Part shown: piece after piece, positions 17,642 to 26,044 of the stretch | Layout of the letters: every line of letters starts with the position of its first letter | How positions within the stretch are numbered: the first letter of the stretch is position 1 | Assembly (NCBI GenBank): GCA_900234795.1 | Contig: LT962688.1 | Coordinates: forward strand, 180,001-212,000 | From: Methylorubrum extorquens | GTDB taxonomy: Bacteria; Pseudomonadota; Alphaproteobacteria; Rhizobiales; Beijerinckiaceae | DNA length: 32,000 nt | Direction of reading: 5' to 3' | The notes under the pieces: generated by a model | What the model saw: the letters and a program-made list of their open reading frames with translations, nothing else | Told to the model about the DNA's origin: nothing | Database searches by the model: none | Position numbers and translations under genes: made by a program

Positions 17642-17977
17642 ATGAACGCAGCTCAGATCGCGAGCGCGCTGCGCCTCGCCATTGTCTTCTTCGGCGGCTT
17701 CGCGGTCGCCCGCGGCTGGCTCACTCAGGAGCAGGTCGACTTTGCGAGTGATGCCACGCTCGTGACGGCCGTGGTCGGCGGTGTCGCTGCCATCGTGGCG
17801 GCGGTCTACGGCATCTGGATCCGCCAGCCGGCGGGCATCGTCGCGCAGGCTGCGAAGCTGTCCGATGTCGGCATGATCCAGGCCTCGCCGTCCCTGGCTC
17901 ACGCCTCGCGCAGCGGCAAGGTCCAGCCGGTCGACGCCGACGAGTTGCGCCGCATGGACGAGATGACCCGGCGATAG
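17642..17977 (+). CDS. Putative holin (two TM segments)
   Basis: 111 aa with two hydrophobic helices followed by a charged C-terminus. It lies next to the lysozyme gene. Confidence 0.45.
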   Translation: MNAAQIASALRLAIVFFGGFAVARGWLTQEQVDFASDATLVTAVVGGVAAIVAAVYGIWIRQPAGIVAQAAKLSDVGMIQASPSLAHASRSGKVQPVDADELRRMDEMTRR

Positions 17978-17990
17978 GCAGGAGGGGCGC

Positions 17991-18515
17991 ATGCCCGGCT
18001 CGAACGGGGGAGCGCGCCGGCCGCTCCTGCCCATGCACTCCGCTGGCCCCTACAGCACCTATCGCCTGTTCGAGTGGTGCATGGCGACGATGATGGTGTT
18101 GATCGCCTTCACCCTCGCCATGCCCGGCGACACGATGGAGCGCAACGCGCTGAAGCCGATTGCCAACATGGGCTTCAGCGAACCGAACATGGCGCTCATC
18201 TTCGGCTGCGTCGGGAGCGTGCGCATCATGGCGCTGTTCCTGAACGGCTACATCAACAACGTCCGCATCGGGCCGAAGGGCGCCTACGCGCGGGCCGCCG
18301 GTGCGGCCGTCGGCTGCGCCATCATGGGCCAATTCGCGACCGCCCTGGTCTATGATGCCTTCACGGTGGCGCACGCCCCGAGCTTCGTCATCCCCGTGTT
18401 CGGGACGCTGGCTGGGTTCGAAGCCATCTCCGTCTACATCGCCGTGCTGGACGGCGTGTCGCGCAAGAGCCGGATCGGCAAGGCTCTGGCGGCACTTGAG
18501 GAGGTTCGGGGCTGA
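17991..18515 (+). CDS. Phage membrane protein (about 4 TM)
   Basis: AGGAGG lies upstream of ATG 17991. Multiple hydrophobic helices, located within the lysis cassette. Confidence 0.55.
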   Translation: MPGSNGGARRPLLPMHSAGPYSTYRLFEWCMATMMVLIAFTLAMPGDTMERNALKPIANMGFSEPNMALIFGCVGSVRIMALFLNGYINNVRIGPKGAYARAAGAAVGCAIMGQFATALVYDAFTVAHAPSFVIPVFGTLAGFEAISVYIAVLDGVSRKSRIGKALAALEEVRG

Positions 18516-18889
18516 TGGATTGGCTCACCTTTCTCAAGGACGTGATCGCGACCCAGCAGTTCCTCCAGATCTTCGTCGGCGGCTGCACCATGATGCTGAT
18601 CGGCTGGATGGTGACGCGGGCGAAAGGCGATCGCGACCACCTGCCGCCGCCGGCCCCGGTCGGCATCGCCGACGTGCCAGCGCCCTTCCTCCAAGGGCCC
18701 CGCGAGGCGGTCGATCTGATGCGCGAACTTCGCGACCTCGCCCGCCGTCAGACCGAGGACACCGGCCGGATCGCGGAGTGCGTCCGCGTCATCCGCGAGG
18801 AGACGAAGCGGCAGACCGAACTCCTCGGCCTGATCGAGCGTGAGCAGGCGATCGAGAACAGGGCGCATCATGATCGGGATCGGTCGTGA
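18515..18889 (+). CDS. Membrane-anchored coiled-coil protein (i-spanin-like by architecture)
   Basis: The start overlaps the previous stop (TGATG). It has an N-terminal TM (IFVGGCTMMLIGWMV), then a Pro-rich linker and a charged helical region. Confidence 0.4.
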   Translation: MDWLTFLKDVIATQQFLQIFVGGCTMMLIGWMVTRAKGDRDHLPPPAPVGIADVPAPFLQGPREAVDLMRELRDLARRQTEDTGRIAECVRVIREETKRQTELLGLIEREQAIENRAHHDRDRS

Positions 18890-18991
18890 CGCCCCGCTTC
18901 GTCGCGGTCACCCCGGCGGCTATGCTGGTGATTCAGACCTGACGCTTGGCATCTGATCGCAGGGGAGCCGCTTCCGACCCTTCTCGGGCGT

Positions 18992-19267
18992 TCAGAAGGT
19001 CTGCTTACCGGCAGTCTGTTTGACCGGAACGACCGAGCCTGGCCGACAGCCGCCGGCCTGCTTTCCGCACTCGCACCCCAGAACCGGACATCCCTTGCAG
19101 CTCAAGCAGCCGTCGCAAGGAAACGCCTTCCGGACCTTTCCCCGTGCCTCCATGAGTTGCTGGGCGCCGAGAGTGACACGGCCGGTGAAGGCGTTATTCG
19201 ATCCGGTTCGCAACCCGATGCACGACGGGTTAGCGGCTTGCCGCGAACGATTTTCAGAGGCAGCCAT
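18992..19267 (-). CDS. Cys-rich small protein (91 aa)
   Basis: The C-terminal half reads FPCDGCLSCKGCPVLGCECGKQAGGC (8 Cys in 26 residues). By my count about 64 of 91 codons end in G/C. No clear RBS. Confidence 0.35.
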   Translation of the reverse strand: MAASENRSRQAANPSCIGLRTGSNNAFTGRVTLGAQQLMEARGKVRKAFPCDGCLSCKGCPVLGCECGKQAGGCRPGSVVPVKQTAGKQTF

Positions 19268-19353
19268 TTTCGTGTTATGACTGGCCCCGGATATTTGCGG
19301 CAGTGATCCGCAATTATTTGACGGAGACCGTATCGATTTGATCGGACGCCGCC

Positions 19354-19680
19354 ATGAACATCCACATCGCTTACGCCGTCCCGGCTTTAGTCCTAGGCCT
19401 ATTGTCACCCGCCGCGATCGCACAGAGCCTTCCTGCCCCGGCAGGACGCCCGCCTGTAATGGATCCGGGTGGCTTTGAGGGCCGGAACGGGCTCTCCAAC
19501 TCGTTGAGAGAGCGACAGCACGGTGTCGCCCCCGACAACGACCTGACGACCGGTTCGGTTGTGCCACCAGCGAAGACGCAGGAGGAAGCCCCGCCGAGTC
19601 GTTGGAGAGGCATCGAACGATATCGGAAGGGCAATGACCTTCCGCTCAACGGCGATGGCACGCAGAGCGGAGATCTCTAG
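19354..19680 (+). CDS. Small secreted protein (108 aa)
   Basis: Signal-peptide-like N-terminus MNIHIAYAVPALVLGLLSPAAIA/QS, followed by a Pro/Gly-rich polar sequence. Confidence 0.45.
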   Translation: MNIHIAYAVPALVLGLLSPAAIAQSLPAPAGRPPVMDPGGFEGRNGLSNSLRERQHGVAPDNDLTTGSVVPPAKTQEEAPPSRWRGIERYRKGNDLPLNGDGTQSGDL

Positions 19681-19770
19681 GCAGCTGTCCAAGCCGAGCG
19701 GGCTGCAGCGGAGTGGGCCTCCCGACGACTTGAACCTCCGCCGCTTCCGAGCTGGAAGGGGAATCAAGTC

Positions 19771-20013
19771 ATGCACTTCGAGCGCGACACGAGCGGCGGC
19801 TGGGTGATTGATCCGGAGCAGCTTGCTTCCAAGCTCGGGATCAATGCCGCGCACCTCCGGCACGAGATGCGTCTTGGGCTCGTCACCAGCCGCATCGAGG
19901 CTGGGCAGGGCACTGATGAGGGGTATTGGCGCGTTACAATTCGGACCCGCAAGGCGGCTTGGCAGGGCATCATTGATGATGCGGGTTGCCTTGTCAGCGA
20001 ACGCTGCCCGTGA
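19771..20013 (+). CDS. Hypothetical protein (80 aa)
   Basis: GGAAGGGGA lies upstream of the ATG, and the composition is protein-like. No family recognised. Confidence 0.45.
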   Translation: MHFERDTSGGWVIDPEQLASKLGINAAHLRHEMRLGLVTSRIEAGQGTDEGYWRVTIRTRKAAWQGIIDDAGCLVSERCP

Positions 20014-20290
20014 ACCCCGCGCAGCTCAATCACAGCGGCTTCTCACGTTCGCGAGGTCGAAAGTACCCCAGGCGCGGCCGCGCCCCGCGCGAGGTGAGCG
20101 TCAGCGTCAAAACGCAGTCGCCGCCAGGAAGCAGACAATTTCGGCCGCAAGCGCGATCCGAGATCACCATCGGGCCGCTGACGACGTTCGCACGAGAGAC
20201 GCCGGAGGAGGTGGTGCGGGCGCCGTGGGTCGAGCGCGGGCCACTGAAGCCTGGGACCTAAAAGCCTGCCCTCGCAGCCCGAGCGGACTG

Positions 20291-21541
20291 TCACAGCGTC
20301 CCGGCCACACGCTCAATTTCGTCGCAGGCTGATGCAACGCCATCATCCGCTGTCATACGCCTTCGGGCGATGGTGCGGGCATCGATCATAACTGGAGAGG
20401 CGAGCATCCTCTCGATCTCACGGCAGGCATGGCGCGGGCGAAAGGCTTGCCGCCGAAGCACAGCGCCGAGGCCTAGGCGAGATAGGCGTTGGGCGTCATC
20501 GAAGTGATTGAAGGCGACCGGCACCACCATCTGCGGCACGCCTGCGGCTAGCGCTTGCGCGACGGTTCCGATGCCGCCGTGATGGATCAAGGCAGCGCTG
20601 CGAGGCAGTAGCAGGCTGAGCGGCGCGTAGCGGACGTGGATTACGTCTGCAGGAAACGAGTCCGGCACCTGTTCCGCTTCGTGAGCGAGCAGGATACCCC
20701 GTCGGCGCATTCGCCTGCAGATCTCCACGGCGACTCTGAAGAACTGCGCACCCTGGCGCATCCCCGATCCGTACGTGAAAACCAGCGGCGCTGGCCCGGC
20801 GTCGAGATAGGCTTCGAGCGTAGGCGTGAGTTCGCCGACATCGCCGAGGCGGTCGGCCATTGGGAAGCCCACTTGGATCAGCTGCCTCGGCCAATCGGGC
20901 TGCGGTGGCACGTACCAGGGTGGACACATGAGGATTATCCGCAACGGGCTGTTCCACCAGTATCGTAGCCGCTTGACGGGAGACAGGCCGAGGCTGACGC
21001 GCAAGTCGTTGAGCGGAGGAAGGCTGACCGGATCAATCAGAACGCGATCTGCCCCGCGACCAAGCCAATGCCGCAGGCGCGAGGGCATCAAGCCCTGCAA
21101 CGGCACTCCCGGTAGCCAAGGCGCTGCGTTTCGGCTTTCGATCAAAAAAGGGGTGACATGGATAGTGATAACCGGAACCCCACCCTTGTCTTGAGCAAGA
21201 CGTGCGCCAAACGCGTTGGGCGAAGCAATGACAAGGCACGAGTTTTCGCTAGTTCTGTCTAGCAGCCATTGCATGGTTCTCCCCGCCAGCGAGGCCATCA
21301 TATCGAATAAGGGGGCTAGACCGCGCCGCGGATGCCAGAGATTGGGGGAGCTGAGTGCTTCGTCATACTCAGCCTCGGTGCACATGGCATCGAAACCTAG
21401 GCCGGATCGCAGAGCCGGCTGTCGAAATGGCTCGGGTGCATACAGCGACACATCATGCCCGCGCTGCGCCAGCTGACGCCCTATAGCGAGAAACGGCAAG
21501 ACGTCGCCGTAAGTTCCGAGTACTGAAAGGACTATATTCAT
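20291..21541 (-). CDS. GT1-family glycosyltransferase, RhlB (rhamnosyltransferase I chain B)-like
   Basis: N-terminal LGTYGDVLPFLAIGRQLAQRGH and C-terminal HHGGIGTVAQALAAGVPQMVVPVAFNHFDDAQR nucleotide-sugar motif. The blocks PVKRL..W..SP, PPWYVPPQPDWP and PLVFTYGS match my recollection of P. aeruginosa RhlB. Confidence 0.85.
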   Translation of the reverse strand: MNIVLSVLGTYGDVLPFLAIGRQLAQRGHDVSLYAPEPFRQPALRSGLGFDAMCTEAEYDEALSSPNLWHPRRGLAPLFDMMASLAGRTMQWLLDRTSENSCLVIASPNAFGARLAQDKGGVPVITIHVTPFLIESRNAAPWLPGVPLQGLMPSRLRHWLGRGADRVLIDPVSLPPLNDLRVSLGLSPVKRLRYWWNSPLRIILMCPPWYVPPQPDWPRQLIQVGFPMADRLGDVGELTPTLEAYLDAGPAPLVFTYGSGMRQGAQFFRVAVEICRRMRRRGILLAHEAEQVPDSFPADVIHVRYAPLSLLLPRSAALIHHGGIGTVAQALAAGVPQMVVPVAFNHFDDAQRLSRLGLGAVLRRQAFRPRHACREIERMLASPVMIDARTIARRRMTADDGVASACDEIERVAGTL

Positions 21542-21789
21542 CGTGTCTCGAGTTAAGATGGGCGAAATGAATTACCTTAATGACTTGGATTTACGAGGGA
21601 AATAACTTGGATCGAGAAAGAGTTCTGGCGACGCGGGCCGAAATCATTGGTTCAATGAGAGCTGTCGTCGGGGGCTCAGAAGCAGCGGCGCAAACTGAGG
21701 AGCGCGGCTGACCGCTGGAGGGGCTTTAACCGCGATGATGTGGGGCTTGGCTGTTTCGATGGATGCTGAGGGTTCTGGGACCGAGGCAT

Positions 21790-22884
21790 TTAAGACGCTC
21801 GGTTCTCCAGCCGCCACGCACTTGGCGTCATGCCCGACCAGCGCCGGAAGGCATGCGTGAAAGCGGCCGGCTCGGAGAAGTTCAGGGTGGCCGAGATTGC
21901 CGTCAGGCTCATGCACGTGTCGGCCAACAGTTGCTTGGCCACCTGGAACAGTGCCTCGTTGGCAAGCTGCCTGAAGGTCGTGCCCTCGGCCCGCAAATGT
22001 CGGCTCAAGGTGCGGCGGTTGACTCGCCACATACGCGCCACGCGCTCCGTCGTGCAGAGCTGCCGGGTCATTTGGATCCGGAGGTATCGACGCAGCTCCT
22101 CCGTCAAACTGGATGACCGTTGGGCCTCAAGTCGGCGGATGCGGCCGTCTACCAGCTGGCGGACAGTCGGGTCTGCACCAGCGATGGGCTGCGTAAGAAC
22201 TTCGGCCGAGAACACCAAGGCGGCCACTTCCTGATCGAACCGGACGGGCGCACGGAAGAAGCGGTCATAGGGAAGGGCGTCGCGTGGCTTGACGCGCGGC
22301 AGCAGAACCTCCTGCAGCGCCCCATCAGCCCCGCACAGCGCCCGAAGGACGTTGGTCATGGTGGCGAGGGCTCGCTCCGACTGGATGCCCGTGCACTCGG
22401 CTTCCGGACCATAAGGGGCGTAGCTGAGGACGGCGACGCCGCTATGGATGCCGAGCCCGACCACCGCGCCCCAGTTCTGCGTGCCCGAGTGCGCCACGAG
22501 CGCCCGCAAGGCGTCGCCGATGCTGTCCGAGTGGCGCATCAACACGCTGATCGGCCCCAGCGACGCCAGGGTGCCGCGCTGGCCGACGAGGAGCCCAAGA
22601 TGAGGGCAGTTCGTCCGCTCGGCCCCGAGGGTGATCAGGCGGCCGAGGGCGGCATAGGGGACTAGCTTGCCGCCGTCGAAGAGCCCGGGATCGAGACCCA
22701 ACTCGGCAATGAGGCCCTCCGGATCTGCACCGAGTTCGACAAGGGTGGCGTAAACCGCCGGACCAACCCCAGGACGGCTCAAGGCAACAGGGAGCGGCTT
22801 CCCGTTCGCGGTGGGGCTGTCGGTTCCCACCGGCCGGACTGCGGGTCCGTGCAATCCTGCTATGACAGAAGAGGACATGGCCAC
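21790..22884 (-). CDS. AraC family transcriptional regulator with N-terminal AraC-type ligand-binding (Arabinose_bd-like) domain
   Basis: The C-terminal dual HTH reads TTERVARMWRVNRRTLSRHLRAEG...LTAISATLNFSEPAAFTHAFRRWSGMTPSAWR. Confidence 0.85.
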   Translation of the reverse strand: MAMSSSVIAGLHGPAVRPVGTDSPTANGKPLPVALSRPGVGPAVYATLVELGADPEGLIAELGLDPGLFDGGKLVPYAALGRLITLGAERTNCPHLGLLVGQRGTLASLGPISVLMRHSDSIGDALRALVAHSGTQNWGAVVGLGIHSGVAVLSYAPYGPEAECTGIQSERALATMTNVLRALCGADGALQEVLLPRVKPRDALPYDRFFRAPVRFDQEVAALVFSAEVLTQPIAGADPTVRQLVDGRIRRLEAQRSSSLTEELRRYLRIQMTRQLCTTERVARMWRVNRRTLSRHLRAEGTTFRQLANEALFQVAKQLLADTCMSLTAISATLNFSEPAAFTHAFRRWSGMTPSAWRLENRAS

Positions 22885-23501
22885 CCATCATTCGACGCCA
22901 ACCGGCGCAAGCGGCCCAGTTAACCCAGATTACGTCAGAAAGACTTGATCGAACGGGACCCTGCCTCGACGCAGGCGGGGTAGAAGTCGCCTCATGATCT
23001 TCGATCGGCGCAGGTCTGCTGTCAGCGGAGGAGCAGCCCGTTGCGGCATCTTGAGTGAATGCTTGCTACCTGCCCTCGGCGGATATCAGCTCGGCGCTCA
23101 ATCACACACGGCCCTACATCGGGGATTGGTGGCGAACGGGGGCGCTTCCGTTCGGAGCGGTGGCGCCGAGCTGACGCCATTACCCACCATTGCCGATCAA
23201 TACCCATCCCCGCCGGCACCTGCCGCGCGGGGCTCTTTATGTCCGCGGCCCAGGACTGGCTTTGCCGCAGGTTGTACCATAGGCTGCGGCCGTTCTTTCC
23301 TGAACACGACCACCTTGCCCCGCCCGGCTCGCCGCGGCGGGGATTTTCGTTACAGGCCCCACGCGCCGCCGCGAGCATCCGCTTCCGCACCTCGGCCATG
23401 CGGTCGTCCCAGTTCGCCTCGCATGGCGTGGTGACCCGAGCTGAGGGGGATCTCCGTCCTCTCGGCGTTCGCCAGGGCCGGGCACTCGTGGCTCCACTAG
23501 C

Positions 23502-23909
23502 TCAGGCGCCCTGATCCTGCTCCATGCGAACTGCGCTGCGAACGATGGCCAGCACCTCACGGCGTAGCCGGTCATCCTCGATCGTAATGAAGGCGTTCAG
23601 CAGATCGACGGCGCCCGGGGCGCGCAGCAAATCGAAAACCTCTGCCTTTTCCTGCGCAGCGGCGTCATCTCCTTCCTCAAAGAAAAGGGAAACCGACGCT
23701 CCAAGTACCCGAGCGATGTCGCTCAGGCGACCGGCGCCGACGCGGTTGGCGCCATTCTCGTATTTTTGGATCTGTTGGAACGTCACGCCGAGGGCGCTGC
23801 CGAGTGCGGTCTGTGAGATCCCCTTGGACTTGCGCAGCACCTTGATGCGCTCTCCGACGAGACGGTCTTGCTCGGTCGCACGCTTCGGCTCGGCGCTCGG
23901 AGTATCCAC
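23502..23909 (-). CDS. XRE family HTH regulator, PraR/PhrR-like
   Basis: VGERIKVLRKSKGISQTALGSALGVTFQQIQKYENGANRVGAGRLSDIARVLGASVSLFFE, plus a C-terminal LLNAFITIEDDRLRREVLAIV block typical of alphaproteobacterial PraR/PhrR-type regulators. Confidence 0.85.
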   Translation of the reverse strand: MDTPSAEPKRATEQDRLVGERIKVLRKSKGISQTALGSALGVTFQQIQKYENGANRVGAGRLSDIARVLGASVSLFFEEGDDAAAQEKAEVFDLLRAPGAVDLLNAFITIEDDRLRREVLAIVRSAVRMEQDQGA

Positions 23910-24076
23910 GGCTTAGGCCCTGTATGTAAGAACGGCATAGTAGGCTTGTGGCCCAGCCAGCCGGGATGCCTCAGCAACTCCTACGGGATGATTTTTTCTC
24001 CAGCAACCAGCCGGGCGACAGTACCTGAACCCGCTCTTGTAGGGCTTCCGCCGGTCATGCTCGGCGACGTCTCGTA

Positions 24077-24268
24077 TCAAGTAACCGCCAGGAGCATCCG
24101 CTTCCGGATTTCAGCCATGCGCTCGTCATCATCAACGCCGGCCGCTACGGCTTCCTGCCCGACGGCCTCGTAGATCTTCCGGACGGTCTCCTTATCCAGG
24201 CCTAGCCCATGGGCGAAGCCGAGAAGGCCCCGCATCTCGGCGGCGGCGAGTTCGGTGGCCTCGGCCAT
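24077..24268 (-). CDS. Small hypothetical protein (63 aa)
   Basis: Third ORF of a tightly spaced trio; ATG 24268 lies 4 nt after the upstream stop. The ORF-track start at 24382 overlaps the previous gene. Confidence 0.45.
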   Translation of the reverse strand: MAEATELAAAEMRGLLGFAHGLGLDKETVRKIYEAVGQEAVAAGVDDDERMAEIRKRMLLAVT

Positions 24269-24272
24269 CGGC

Positions 24273-24485
24273 CTACCGGACCGCGATCGTGCACTCGCCA
24301 ACGACGACCTTCGTTGGCTCCGTTGGGTGACGCTCGACAAGGCGCTGGATCCCGTAGGGCCGCAGCTTATCCCAAGACGCATCGCTCCCGGTCATGAGCG
24401 CGCGGGCCAGCAAGTCGGCCAGATCCTTCCCGCCGCTGCTGATGGCTGCTGCGCTACCGTTGTCGATCTCGATGATGGTGCGCAT
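24273..24485 (-). CDS. Small hypothetical protein (70 aa)
   Basis: ATG 24485 lies 2 nt after the upstream stop, with high GC3. Confidence 0.5.
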   Translation of the reverse strand: MRTIIEIDNGSAAAISSGGKDLADLLARALMTGSDASWDKLRPYGIQRLVERHPTEPTKVVVGECTIAVR

Positions 24486-24487
24486 GG

Positions 24488-24754
24488 TCAGGCCTTCTGC
24501 GCGCGGGCCAGCAGGATTGCCGTGCGCGCGGCCATGCGCCTAGCGCCAGTCGAGCTCGTCTTGTCGCGCAGAACAGCGGTAGCGAAGGCGTTTGCCTTGA
24601 TGGCGGCCGCCACGTCGACCGTGTAGCCCTCGCCGAGTTCCGCCCGCTCCTCCATCCGGCCGCCGAGCACAGCATCGACCAGCGCGTTCAAATCGTCATG
24701 GGTGACGACCTTGGCCTTGAACAGTTCGCCGACGGTGGGTTTAGGATCAGCCAT
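24488..24754 (-). CDS. Small hypothetical protein (88 aa)
   Basis: First ORF of the trio, with protein-like composition. Confidence 0.5.
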   Translation of the reverse strand: MADPKPTVGELFKAKVVTHDDLNALVDAVLGGRMEERAELGEGYTVDVAAAIKANAFATAVLRDKTSSTGARRMAARTAILLARAQKA

Positions 24755-24904
24755 GCGTGGACCCTATCGCCTGGACTGGGCGCGCGCCATCGTCAGCACC
24801 CAAGCGCCACGCCGGACAGCGACGTCGTGGTCTCGCCCTCGGCGACCGTGCGGTCTCTAATCTCCCGGCAAATTATCGCGAGGAGGACGGCACTGCGAGG
24901 CCAA

Positions 24905-25198
24905 TTAGGTGGCGAGTTGCCGAACCTCTCCAGCACGGATGTTCATGCGGGCGACGGTCTCTTTAGTCAGGGTGTCCCTGGTCAACTCCGCCCGCCAACC
25001 AGCCGGAATCGCCTTTTGCACGGCCTCCTCGGCTAGGTCACGAGGCACAGCGGCCACCCAAAGCTGCACGGTGGGTATCCCGCCGACGCCGCTGTCCATG
25101 TAGACGCGAACAATGTGGATGCCGGCGGCAACGTTGTTCAGTCTGTCCATTTGGCGAGGATGGCACGATCCCGCGCCGTCACCAAGATCATCGCTCAT
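24905..25198 (-). CDS. Small hypothetical protein (97 aa)
   Basis: ATG 25198 overlaps the upstream stop (ATGA), indicating translational coupling. Confidence 0.45.
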   Translation of the reverse strand: MSDDLGDGAGSCHPRQMDRLNNVAAGIHIVRVYMDSGVGGIPTVQLWVAAVPRDLAEEAVQKAIPAGWRAELTRDTLTKETVARMNIRAGEVRQLAT

Positions 25199-25407
25199 TC
25201 TGTTCCCCCTTCAGCGGCGGGCGGGGAAGGGGAAGGCAACGGCAACCTGCCCCCGCACTTCCGAATGACGATCTGCAACACGTCACCGAGGTCGGCTCTG
25301 TCCTTGCCGACTGCCGCCTCGTGGATCGCTGCCATGACGATAAAGGCGTCACCGCGGGCGAGGCGGATGAGCCCCTGCATAGTCTTGGTGATCCCGACTC
25401 GCGCCAT
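25195..25407 (-). CDS. Small hypothetical protein (70 aa)
   Basis: MARVGITKTMQGLIRLARGDAFIVMAAIHEAAV... from ATG 25407. The longer ORF-track version (TTG 25563) has an Arg-rich junk-like N-terminus. Confidence 0.45.
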   Translation of the reverse strand: MARVGITKTMQGLIRLARGDAFIVMAAIHEAAVGKDRADLGDVLQIVIRKCGGRLPLPSPSPPAAEGGTE

Positions 25408-25409
25408 GG

Positions 25410-25559
25410 CTACTCTTCTCTCCCGTCGAGAGAGAGGGCGAGGTCTTGGGCGGCAGGATCTGTCGCGTTGAGCGCGTCGGCCATCCGCGCCTCGCCTTCC
25501 TGGCTGTAGTCGCAGCGCTTGTTGATCTCGGCCGTGCCCAGCAGCCTCGGCACGCACAT
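25410..25559 (-). CDS. Possible 49-aa ORF
   Basis: MCVPRLLGTAEINKRCDYSQEGEARMADALNATDPAAQDLALSLDGREE. Its stop lies 2 nt before the next start. It is in frame with, and 51 nt downstream of, the TGA of the zinc-finger ORF. It falls below the ORF-track length cutoff. Confidence 0.25.
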   Translation of the reverse strand: MCVPRLLGTAEINKRCDYSQEGEARMADALNATDPAAQDLALSLDGREE

Positions 25560-25610
25560 CCAAAGCGGCTCGGGCGGGGTCTCGCCGCAGATGGGACGTT
25601 GGGCTACCCC

Positions 25611-25883
25611 TCAGGCTCCTTCCGTGCGGGGTAGGGCGGTGGAAGGAGCGACACGCATCTTACCGGTGCCATTGCAGCACCCGCACCGAGGCGACCTGTT
25701 GTGGTCGTAGAGACCCAAGCCGGAGCAGGCCGTGCAGGTTTGGAGCTTCCAGCCCTTCACGTACCGCTCGAAATGCTGGCGCCGCTCGGCCTTGCGGGCG
25801 TGGAAGTCGTCGCGCCAAGCAGCCTCAGGTTGCGCTTGCCCAGATAAAACGGCACTCACTCTCGCCTCTGTCCGGTTTGACAA
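25611..25883 (-). CDS. Small zinc-finger protein with two DnaJ-type CxxCxGxG motifs
   Basis: CTACSGLG and CGCCNGTG lie 10 residues apart in a 90-aa ORF. Confidence 0.55.
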   Translation of the reverse strand: MSNRTEARVSAVLSGQAQPEAAWRDDFHARKAERRQHFERYVKGWKLQTCTACSGLGLYDHNRSPRCGCCNGTGKMRVAPSTALPRTEGA

Positions 25884-25968
25884 ACGGGGCCTAAGACATT
25901 GATCCGTAGTAGCAGGTTTGACGCTATGCCGAGGGCTAAGAACCTAGGAACGCAAGGATAACCAGTGC

Positions 25969-26013
25969 ATCATAATCCTTGTGTCGGGGGTTCAAATCCC
26001 TTCCTCGCTACCA
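25969..26013 (+). other. tRNA 3' fragment (anticodon loop AUCAUAA reading CAU, variable loop, T-arm, acceptor 3' strand, ACCA); putative attR core
   Basis: GGGGG-TTCAAAT-CCCTT T-arm, CCTCGCT acceptor strand, A, CCA. There is no matching 5' acceptor strand, D-arm or anticodon-stem partner upstream, so this is not a complete tRNA. Confidence 0.5.
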
Positions 26014-26044
26014 AATTACCTTCAAATAGAATACCGAGACGCCG

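Larger units (their letters stand above)
1..26013. mobile_element. Integrated prophage plus cargo, right-hand part (left end and integrase lie outside the window)
   Basis: Contiguous phage tail and lysis genes run 11-18889 and accessory genes continue to 25.9 kb. A tRNA 3' fragment and terminator (25969-26072) then precede housekeeping-type T2SS genes. No integrase is seen in the window. Confidence 0.6.

Noticed and set aside
19986-20261. 91-aa plus-strand ORF between the 80-aa ORF and the glycosyltransferase stop
   Set aside because: The N-terminal half is Arg/Pro/Ser-rich junk-like sequence, and there is no RBS or motif. It is possibly a gene remnant, but not supportable.
22994-23514. Overlapping ORFs of 112-151 aa on both strands between the AraC and XRE genes
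   Set aside because: No family signal, no RBS, and mostly Arg/Pro/Ser-rich composition. Only the minus ORF 23022-23399 has some third-position bias and a duplicated motif, which is not enough to call it. The region may be degenerate.
25928-26013. Complete class II (long variable arm) tRNA starting at GCCGAGG
   Set aside because: The acceptor pairing has a C-C mismatch and a G-U first pair. No D-arm consensus is present, and the anticodon-stem 5' strand (AGTGC) cannot pair with TCCTT. Only the 3' part is tRNA-like.
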